Under the pieces are notes generated by a model, which worked only from the letters and a program-made list of their open reading frames with translations, was not told where the DNA came from and ran no database searches. DNA of 38,402 bases from Patescibacteria group bacterium (GTDB taxonomy: Bacteria > Patescibacteriota > UBA1384 > CAILIB01), in NCBI GenBank assembly GCA_038322405.1, contig JBBQFV010000002.1, positions 1-38,402 on the forward strand, written 5' to 3'. Within the stretch, counting starts at the first letter, position 1, and each line of letters opens with the position of its first letter. Positions 23,991-31,681 of the stretch are shown here, in pieces. Both the position numbers and the translations under genes were made by a program.

Positions 23991-25483
23991 TCGGAGCGCT
24001 TAAACTTGGCGCTTAAACGCTCCTGCAAAACAGGTGGGAACTGGCGGAACAATACAAAGGGTATCAAGTACCCAAGTACGCCAATTATGACAACACCAAG
24101 CAGCAGCGCAGCTTGGTGGGGGCGGGACCAGTCATAATATGAGCCATCCCAGGTGCTGCCCGCCACATGCTGAACCAGGCGGAACAAGCCAAACATAATG
24201 GCCGCGCCAACCAAGGTTGGGGCAAACGTACGCAGCTTCGGGAAAAAGCCAATGGTACGGGCTACCATCCAAATTGTAATGGCTGTAGTAAGCAGTTCGC
24301 TCGCTACCGTTGCCGTCCCGGCGCCGTAGTAGCTATAACGCGGAATGAGGTACAGGTTTAAACTAATGTTTACTGCAGCGGCAAATAATTCCAAGAACCC
24401 TAGGGCTTTTTGCTTTTCGGCTGCCAGCAACGAATAAGACATAAGCACGCCAACAAAAAGCGGAATCATGGCAAAAGCCAAGATTTGCAAGGAGCGGGCC
24501 GACTCGGTGATGTAACTGCGGGTCAGGATGGCGATGAGCTGAGGGGCGATAAGCACAATCCCTGTAACAACTGGCACCACTGCAAAAATAATGAGGTCAA
24601 AGGCTTTTTGCATAAGCACCCTAAACCCTTCGTGACCCTTTTGAATGAGCTGGTTCATTTCGGGGAAAAGCCCACCAACAAACAAGGCGGGCAACGTAAG
24701 GAGGATTTCCAAAACTTTGTAGGCATTTCCGTAAATTCCTACGTCAACATTAGACTTGTAAATGGTCAGCAAAACACTGTCGGCCTTGAAGTGAATCATG
24801 CCAAGTACTGCCATTGCCCCCAGCGGCAACACCTGCACAAAAATAGCCGGCCATTCACTGAATACAAACCGAGGCCGGAAGCGTACAAACTTACGTACAA
24901 ACAGGTAACTGACCAATAAGTTAATCAGGTTTCCCCCCACCACGATGGCTACTGCGCCAACCAAACGGTTAGCCTCCGGTAAGCGCGTCAAGGCGAAGGC
25001 TGTACCGCCAAGAATAACAATGCGCCCCAGCAAATCGGAAATCATGGCCCTGTCCATAAGCAACCTGGCTTGGACAACCGTTACGCACATTTGGTTGATG
25101 GTAAGGGCAAACTGCCCTACCCCAAGGAGTACTATAGGCACTAAGAATGGCCGATAGACCGGAACCGCTGCCCCAATGAGCGGCGCGAATACCAGTAAGA
25201 CAAGGGCCGCCGTTATGAGACGGAAGCCCAAGTAGCGAGAGGTAATATCCTGTTCCTTTTCCGGAAACCGGGAAATTTCCCGCAAGTAGAGCAGGTTGAG
25301 CCCCATGTCGGCCACTACCGCAAAAAAACCCAAGTAAGTAGTGGTTACTACATAGGCGCCCCAACCTGCCGGCTTAAGCGTGGCATTTAAAATGCTGACC
25401 GTCGTAAGCGAAGTGACCGTCGTAAGGACCCGGCCAATGATTTGCACAATCGTGTTGTAAGCAACCCGGCGGGCGTAGCTCAT
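23987..25483 (-). CDS. Wzx-type oligosaccharide flippase (MOP superfamily polysaccharide biosynthesis protein)
   Basis: 498 aa with ~14 hydrophobic helices. The typical N-terminus MSYARRVAYNTIVQIIGRVLT. Located within the glycosyltransferase cluster. Confidence 0.8.
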   Translation of the reverse strand: MSYARRVAYNTIVQIIGRVLTTVTSLTTVSILNATLKPAGWGAYVVTTTYLGFFAVVADMGLNLLYLREISRFPEKEQDITSRYLGFRLITAALVLLVFAPLIGAAVPVYRPFLVPIVLLGVGQFALTINQMCVTVVQARLLMDRAMISDLLGRIVILGGTAFALTRLPEANRLVGAVAIVVGGNLINLLVSYLFVRKFVRFRPRFVFSEWPAIFVQVLPLGAMAVLGMIHFKADSVLLTIYKSNVDVGIYGNAYKVLEILLTLPALFVGGLFPEMNQLIQKGHEGFRVLMQKAFDLIIFAVVPVVTGIVLIAPQLIAILTRSYITESARSLQILAFAMIPLFVGVLMSYSLLAAEKQKALGFLELFAAAVNISLNLYLIPRYSYYGAGTATVASELLTTAITIWMVARTIGFFPKLRTFAPTLVGAAIMFGLFRLVQHVAGSTWDGSYYDWSRPHQAALLLGVVIIGVLGYLIPFVLFRQFPPVLQERLSAKFKRSE

Positions 25484-25492
25484 GCTCCCAGA

Positions 25493-27130
25493 TTAGCGGA
25501 GCGCACTTCCGGTGGGAAGGGAATCGAACTGCACACCGCTCACTGTACGGATGTCCGCACCCTTGAATCCTTGCTTGTTAAAGTAAGTCCCACTGACCGG
25601 ATACTTGGTTTGATTCTTAATTAAGTACACCGTACCATCACCTCCCAGCGGCATGGCAAGGGTAGTCATTGGTGCCCCCTGTTTAAGGTCGGCTATCAAG
25701 GCAGGGCCAACTTTTTCAATGTTAGACAAGTTCATTCCCCAGGCCGCGCCAACCGCAGCAGAAAGTGGGTAGGTAGTGCCGTTATCGATAAAGTAGGCGC
25801 TGCCGTCTCCCCCATCGGCTACTACGACATTGTTGAGCAATGGCCCTTTGGCCAGATTGTACACAACGTAAGCTGGTACTTTCGCGGTGTCGGACCATGC
25901 AAATCCCCAGCTGTTGTTAAACATATTACCGCTTACCGGGTACAGGGTGCTTGCCGTTGCCAAGAAGACAGTACCATCGCCAGTTGGGAGGACTAGCTCG
26001 TGCATTGGCAAGCCGTAGGGTACGCGGGACAGCAAGGCATCAGACTTCATTTGCACGTCGGCCCAATTGAAGTGGTAGCGGTCCATGAGCCGGGCCGAGG
26101 TAAGTGGGCGGCGGTGGCCATTGTCAATGTAGTACACTGTCCCATCACTGCCCAAAGTAAGGTTGGTCCAGTAGTTGCCTGTTGGCAGGGCTAACTGGAT
26201 AGAGGTTATGGGAACGACGTCATTCCAGTTGAAATTCCAACCCACAAAACCAGGTCCAGTCACCGGCCATTTTTGCCCTTCGTCAATTACATAGACCGTT
26301 CCCGTTGTAGCATCGAGCGTGAGGGCGACCGGCTTGTAAGTGGTAGGCGCAAACCACTTTTGCATCAAAAACCAAAAGTTATAGTTGCCATTGTATACGT
26401 ATGGCGTATAGGCAAACAGGGCGCGGGTCGCGGCATTTTGCGCATAGACTTGGGCACCATCGGAAGAAACAAAACCATTACTAAAGGTGGAAGCATAGGT
26501 GTTATAAAGGTTGCGTAGGCCGTTCATGGCATAGGCAATTTGCTGTCCTACCCCACCCCAGTCATGTGCCCGTTGCTGGGCCTGGGCCTGGTTGTACCCA
26601 CACGAAGCCATGGTGTCGTTCCAGCCATAGCCCAGCACCCACATTTCGGTAGCGTCGGACTGAGGCGACGGGCGGGTAATGGCCGTACTTTCCTTTTCCA
26701 AGGTGGCCAAAATTACTTCGGCAGCAATCCCCTTTTGGGCCGACTTGCGGGCAATGAGCGCCGCTACATTACTGCCAAACAACGCCTCACTCGCGCTATC
26801 GATGTACTGATGCACCGAAACGGTAGACCACTGACAGGTGCCGCTCCCGTCGGTATATTTATAGGGAACTGTCTGATATTCCGGAATTACGTAGTCGGAA
26901 AGCCAACTAACCCCGCCGTCCCTAGCTGCCCAGCCGCTTTGTTTTTTTAGGAAGGCTGTAATGTCAGCCTCTACCATGTCTACCGAAGTAAATTGGGTAT
27001 TGGTGATGAGGTTCTGGTATTGGTCAGGTCCAAATCCCGGCGCGGGGCTAGAGACTGAATACGCCAAAACATGGCCTACCGAAAGCAGGCTCAGGACAAG
27101 CGCAGTAGTACAAAGGAGAAGTCGGCGCAT
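25493..27130 (-). CDS. secreted protein: unknown N-terminal domain plus five tandem ~55-aa repeats
   Basis: 545 aa. Signal peptide MRRLLLCTTALVLSLLSVGHVLA. The N-terminal ~230-aa domain has an E-S motif (ILATLEKESTAI) faintly reminiscent of lysozyme/transglycosylase folds. The C-terminal half has five repeats, each starting DGTVY/GSAYF-x-I-D/K-N-G and containing an aromatic-rich F-x-W-x-D-V segment. Confidence 0.7.
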   Translation of the reverse strand: MRRLLLCTTALVLSLLSVGHVLAYSVSSPAPGFGPDQYQNLITNTQFTSVDMVEADITAFLKKQSGWAARDGGVSWLSDYVIPEYQTVPYKYTDGSGTCQWSTVSVHQYIDSASEALFGSNVAALIARKSAQKGIAAEVILATLEKESTAITRPSPQSDATEMWVLGYGWNDTMASCGYNQAQAQQRAHDWGGVGQQIAYAMNGLRNLYNTYASTFSNGFVSSDGAQVYAQNAATRALFAYTPYVYNGNYNFWFLMQKWFAPTTYKPVALTLDATTGTVYVIDEGQKWPVTGPGFVGWNFNWNDVVPITSIQLALPTGNYWTNLTLGSDGTVYYIDNGHRRPLTSARLMDRYHFNWADVQMKSDALLSRVPYGLPMHELVLPTGDGTVFLATASTLYPVSGNMFNNSWGFAWSDTAKVPAYVVYNLAKGPLLNNVVVADGGDGSAYFIDNGTTYPLSAAVGAAWGMNLSNIEKVGPALIADLKQGAPMTTLAMPLGGDGTVYLIKNQTKYPVSGTYFNKQGFKGADIRTVSGVQFDSLPTGSALR

Positions 27131-27133
27131 AGG

Positions 27134-27733
27134 TTAGTTACTTGGACCACTTAAGTCTACAACACTCAGGTCCCGCTCAAGGTCATGGTTGCCAGGATTG
27201 GCATCGATACCAGCTTGCAGCGTTTGTTTTGCCTCGTCTTTGCGACTAAGCGAAAGGAGTATGTTAGCCCTGGCCTGGTAGGCTATAACCATCTTTGGGT
27301 TTTGAGCCATAGCAAGGGCGTAGGTGCTCAAGGCCAAGTCAGTATTCTTGTTCTCACGGTAGGCATTCCCCAATTCGTACTGCAGCTCGGCAATTGCCAC
27401 CGCCCCTTGCGCTTCCTTTACCGCTTGGGAAAGCAAGGTTATTGCTTTTGGATAATCTTTCGCCGCATAAGCCGCCCGAGCCTCGGCCACACTTATGGGT
27501 GTAGCGGTAGGAGTAGGAATTGGGGTTGGCTTACTGGAAGCGCTAGGTGTCGGGCTTGAAATGATAATTGTACTAGCAGGGGCTGGGGGGCTTGGCGTAC
27601 TAGAAACTGCTTGGGGTTTAGCCTTTAGAATGCCAAAGCCAACCACTGCTAAAAGAACGCCCGTGCCTACGCCAATCAGTAGCCAACGGGAAGAAGCGGA
27701 GGACGATACATTCGAGCGCTTCTCGCTTTGCAT
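27134..27733 (-). CDS. membrane-anchored TPR-repeat protein with Pro/Thr/Ser-rich linker
   Basis: 199 aa. TM helix WLLIGVGTGVLLAVVGFGIL, linker SSTPSPPAPASTIIISSPTPSASSKPTPIPTPTATP, then TPR-like repeats (LGNAYRENKNTDLALSTYALAMAQNP, AYQARANILLSLSRKDEAKQTLQAGIDANP). Confidence 0.7.
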   Translation of the reverse strand: MQSEKRSNVSSSASSRWLLIGVGTGVLLAVVGFGILKAKPQAVSSTPSPPAPASTIIISSPTPSASSKPTPIPTPTATPISVAEARAAYAAKDYPKAITLLSQAVKEAQGAVAIAELQYELGNAYRENKNTDLALSTYALAMAQNPKMVIAYQARANILLSLSRKDEAKQTLQAGIDANPGNHDLERDLSVVDLSGPSN

Positions 27734-27782
27734 GCCTCAAGTATAACAGATTGAGGTTCTTTGCCACAAAACCCCCGGTGCC

Positions 27783-29198
27783 CTAGCGGGCATAAAACCG
27801 TACCCGGTTCAGGGGGTCGCTGTCTTCGGCAATGAACGAATATTGGGCAACCGCTAGGACCTTTTCGTACTTGCGAAAGTTAGGGTCGTTCACGTTTAAC
27901 AGCACTAAGCGCTCCGAGGTGATGAGCGGGGCAAGCAGGGTATCAGACTGTTGATCGGGGAAAATAGGCTTGACGTTAGGGAAAGCAATTGAAACGAGAA
28001 GTTGGTTAACAAAAATAGCAGGAGCCCCTTGCGCACGTGCCGCCATGGCCGCTTGGGCGGGGGTATATTGCATATCAGGCTCAAAGGTAAACAGGCGATC
28101 AAAGCGGGTAATGAGAGCGGGCAACATGGCAAGCACCAGTACAATAGCAAACCCGTTAGTAAGTACCCGGTTGGGTTTGACTGCATACAATACAATGCTT
28201 ACCCCGTAAGCCGTGAGCAAGGTAAGCGGGACACCGGCATCGCGCGCCAAACGAAGTGGGAAACGGAATGCCTCGATTTGCGAACAAATGAGTAAGACAA
28301 TGCCGAGCACGGTAAGCAAGCTTATGGGAAGCGGTATGCGGATCTTGCGGATCCAGGCTAAGATTACTCCCCCCATGGTGAGCAGTCCCGCAAAATAAAT
28401 AAACGGGCCAAAATAGTCGCCATAAGAAGTAATGTTGATGATGGCATTTGGGTTATCAATCTGACCGACAATGTGTACCCAGGGGAACATCCCCCCAAAC
28501 TGAATGACGCTCGATAGTAAGTTACGTGCCCCGCTCGCGACAGGTGACAATAAAATGACCAGCCCAATCACAAAAGCCGAAAGCAGGTACCAACGCACTG
28601 TTTTGGTAGAGAAAAAAGCAGAAGCCACCAGTAAGATGACTAAGTAAAGGGCGGAAAAGTGGTGGGTTAAAACAATGAGTACCGCCCCTAAAAAGGTAAG
28701 GGAAATGCCCCGCGCATTGTAGCGGCCGCCGGCATCCAAGTCAGCTATGCCGAGCAGCACGATAGGAAGCCAGACACTCACGCTAATGAAGTTAGGGAAC
28801 CCCCCATCGTAGAGGGTTTGTAAAGGCTGGATAGCTACAAACATGACAAGTACTAACCCAAGCAGGCCCGCCCACGGGCCGCGCAAACGATTGAGCAAGA
28901 GGAAGGCGGAAAGCCCCGCCAAAGCAATGACGATTGGCAGGTAAAGCAACATTATTTTTAAAGGGTCGTGGTGTAAAAGATCAACGCCCGCGAGTACTAC
29001 GGTGTGAAAGAGCTTTGGATACCCTGAAAAAAATATCGAGGCCCCTTGCCGCTGGAGGTCAAAGACCATTTGGGCGTGGTTATACAAATCGCCGCCAGGC
29101 GCCGTCACGTAGCCAAACTGCCGGAAAACCAGGTAAGACGTGACGATAAAAGCGGTTACCAATACAGCGGCAATTGTGAAAGGGAGACGACGGCTCAT
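27783..29198 (-). CDS. polytopic membrane protein with C-terminal soluble domain (GT-C-like architecture, function inferred only)
   Basis: 471 aa with ~11 hydrophobic helices followed by a ~100-aa non-hydrophobic C-terminal region. An acidic/His motif (GGDLYNH) sits in the first loop after TM1. It heads the minus-strand half of the glycan locus. Confidence 0.6.
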   Translation of the reverse strand: MSRRLPFTIAAVLVTAFIVTSYLVFRQFGYVTAPGGDLYNHAQMVFDLQRQGASIFFSGYPKLFHTVVLAGVDLLHHDPLKIMLLYLPIVIALAGLSAFLLLNRLRGPWAGLLGLVLVMFVAIQPLQTLYDGGFPNFISVSVWLPIVLLGIADLDAGGRYNARGISLTFLGAVLIVLTHHFSALYLVILLVASAFFSTKTVRWYLLSAFVIGLVILLSPVASGARNLLSSVIQFGGMFPWVHIVGQIDNPNAIINITSYGDYFGPFIYFAGLLTMGGVILAWIRKIRIPLPISLLTVLGIVLLICSQIEAFRFPLRLARDAGVPLTLLTAYGVSIVLYAVKPNRVLTNGFAIVLVLAMLPALITRFDRLFTFEPDMQYTPAQAAMAARAQGAPAIFVNQLLVSIAFPNVKPIFPDQQSDTLLAPLITSERLVLLNVNDPNFRKYEKVLAVAQYSFIAEDSDPLNRVRFYAR

Positions 29199-29256
29199 GA
29201 ACTTTAGGGTAGCATATTAGGCATACCCCTATCATTACATTGCGATATATACAGTC

Positions 29257-30324
29257 ATGAAATTAGCCTTTGTCTTTGGTACCCGCCCGGAAATAATTAA
29301 GCTCGCCCCGCTATTCCGTGCGGCTAAAGCCCAAAAAATTCCCTTCATCTTAATTCACACCAACCAGCACTACTCCCCTGAGTTAGACCTGATATTTTTT
29401 GAAGAGCTCGCCCTGCCAAAACCCCAGTTCAACTTGAACATTGGGCCCGGCACCCAGACCGCGCAAACCTCGCGCATGATGGAGCGCCTGGAGCCTATTT
29501 TGCTTGAGGAAAAGCCTGACGTTGTGCTTGTTCAAGGAGATACCAACTCGGTACTAGCTGGCGCCCTGGTGGCCAGTAAAATGAATATTCCGGTAGCCCA
29601 CATTGAAGCAGGCCTGCGCAGCTTTGACCGCGAAATGCCCGAGGAAATTAACCGCATTATTACGGATCACATTTCCACGTATCTTTTCCCGCCTACCCCA
29701 GGGTCGGCCGAGTTGTTGGTTAAAGAAGGCATCACCAAAAAACTCATCCACATCGTTGGCAACACGGTTGTCGATGCGGTAATGCAAAACAGCGCCCAGT
29801 GCAGCGAGGAGGGGCTCACACCGTTCCAAGTAAATGCCGGGGCCTACAGTCTGCTCACCATGCACCGTCCGAGCAATGTGGATACCAAAGAAGACCTGAT
29901 CGCCATGCTTACAGCACTTGAAGGGGCCTATCAGCAAACTAAGCTACCCTTCATTTTTCCTATGCATCCGCGCACCGGTGGCGCTCTTAAAAAGTTTGGT
30001 ATCGAACTGCCGAAATATATTAAGGTGCACGAGCCAATTGGCTACCTGGAAATGCTAACACTGCAAAAATACGCAGCCTTTGTCTTTACCGATTCCGGTG
30101 GATTGCAAGAAGAAAGCTGCATTCTGGGCACCCCGTGCCTCACCCTGCGCGAAAACACCGAACGGCCTGAGACTGTTGAAGTTGGGGCCAGCCGGATTGT
30201 GGGCCGTGACCCTCAAAAGATTAAGGAAGCATTTGCTTACTTCGCCAGCAAACCTACTTGGAAAAACCCATTTGGCGATGGCACCGCAAGCACTAAGATT
30301 CTGGATATCCTCTCCACTCAGTAA
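29257..30324 (+). CDS. wecB: UDP-N-acetylglucosamine 2-epimerase (non-hydrolysing)
   Basis: 355 aa. FGTRPEIIKLAPL, VLVQGDTNS, HIEAGLRSFD..MPEEINR and DSGGLQEE motifs typical of WecB/MnaA/WbpI. Confidence 0.9.
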   Translation: MKLAFVFGTRPEIIKLAPLFRAAKAQKIPFILIHTNQHYSPELDLIFFEELALPKPQFNLNIGPGTQTAQTSRMMERLEPILLEEKPDVVLVQGDTNSVLAGALVASKMNIPVAHIEAGLRSFDREMPEEINRIITDHISTYLFPPTPGSAELLVKEGITKKLIHIVGNTVVDAVMQNSAQCSEEGLTPFQVNAGAYSLLTMHRPSNVDTKEDLIAMLTALEGAYQQTKLPFIFPMHPRTGGALKKFGIELPKYIKVHEPIGYLEMLTLQKYAAFVFTDSGGLQEESCILGTPCLTLRENTERPETVEVGASRIVGRDPQKIKEAFAYFASKPTWKNPFGDGTASTKILDILSTQ

Positions 30325-30387
30325 GCCCTGGCTCCCACTCGAGCGTTCTGGTAGGCTGATAAAAGCACACAATCAGTCAACGTCCTT

Positions 30388-31659
30388 ATGTCCAAAACAG
30401 CGCACGTCGCCGTCATTGGCTTGGGCTACATGGGTCTACCTATGGCAGCCCTTCTTGCTCAAAACGGCCTTAAAGTCACCGGGGTAGATATTGATGCCGA
30501 CAAAGTAGCCTCCTTAAAAACAGGGGCAGTTCCTTTCGATGAACCAGGCCTTGGCGAAGTCCTGGAATCCGCCATTAAGAGCGGCAACCTAACCTTCGTT
30601 ACCAAAGTCCCTAAAGCCGATTTTTTTATCGTCGCGGTGCCAACCCCGTTCGTGATAAGCACCCGCACCTCTGACTTGTCCTACGTGCGCTCGGCCACCA
30701 AAAGCATTGCCCCCCTATTGGAAAAGGGCAACATTGTCATTTTGGAATCTACCGTGCCGCCTGCCACCTGCACTAATGTGATGGTGCCAATTTTTGAAGA
30801 AATTGCTCATCTCGAAAACACCAAAGACTTTCACGTAGTGCACTGTCCGGAACGGGCCTTTCCCGGCAACACCATGAAAGAAATTGTGTTCAACGACCGC
30901 ATGGTCGGCGCCGACAATGTCGAAGCAGGTGAAAAAGTAGTGAAACTCTACGAAAGTTTTGTCCAAGGTTCCATATACCTCACCAACAGCGCTACCGCCG
31001 AAATGGTAAAGCTGATGGAGAACACCTACCGCGACGTGAACATTGCCCTCGCTAATGAGTTCGCCAAAATTGCCGAAGAAAACGACGTGAATATTTGGGA
31101 AGCGATTAGCCTTGCTAACAAACACCCACGCGTGAACGTCCACCTCCCAGGCCCTGGTGTGGGCGGCCACTGTATTGCCATCGACCCCTGGTTTCTCACC
31201 GAAACTTCGGAGCGCGCCAGCCTCATTCGCGCCGCCCGCCACATTAACGACGACATGCCTATGCACGTCGTACGCCTCACCACTTCACTCATGCCGAAAG
31301 GCTCAAAGCGGGTAACTTTGCTTGGCGTGGCCTACAAGCCCGATGTCGATGACGCGCGCGAAACTCCTGCTACCCACATTATGGAACTCTTCCGCCAACG
31401 CGGCTTCGATGCTCGTGCGCACGACTTTCACGTTAAACACACTGACTTTGAGTTGCACGAGTTAGACGAAGCACTTGCCGATGCCGATGCCCTCATTTTG
31501 GTGACCCACCATGCACTCTATAAGGACCTAGACCCTAGGCGTATTGCCAAATTAGTGCGAAACCGTTTGCTCATCGATACGCGCAACCATCTCGACCACA
31601 AAAAGTGGGCCGAAGCCGGCTTCACTATCAAAGTACTTGGCAACGGCCGCGCCTCTTAA
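30388..31659 (+). CDS. wecC: UDP-N-acetyl-D-mannosamine (or UDP-GlcNAc) 6-dehydrogenase, nucleotide-sugar dehydrogenase family
   Basis: 423 aa. VIGLGYMGLPMAALLA (Rossmann), IVAVPTPF, GGHCI catalytic Cys region. Close in pattern to E. coli WecC and adjacent to wecB. Confidence 0.85.
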   Translation: MSKTAHVAVIGLGYMGLPMAALLAQNGLKVTGVDIDADKVASLKTGAVPFDEPGLGEVLESAIKSGNLTFVTKVPKADFFIVAVPTPFVISTRTSDLSYVRSATKSIAPLLEKGNIVILESTVPPATCTNVMVPIFEEIAHLENTKDFHVVHCPERAFPGNTMKEIVFNDRMVGADNVEAGEKVVKLYESFVQGSIYLTNSATAEMVKLMENTYRDVNIALANEFAKIAEENDVNIWEAISLANKHPRVNVHLPGPGVGGHCIAIDPWFLTETSERASLIRAARHINDDMPMHVVRLTTSLMPKGSKRVTLLGVAYKPDVDDARETPATHIMELFRQRGFDARAHDFHVKHTDFELHELDEALADADALILVTHHALYKDLDPRRIAKLVRNRLLIDTRNHLDHKKWAEAGFTIKVLGNGRAS

Positions 31660-31681
31660 ATACATTTTCAGTCACGATTTT

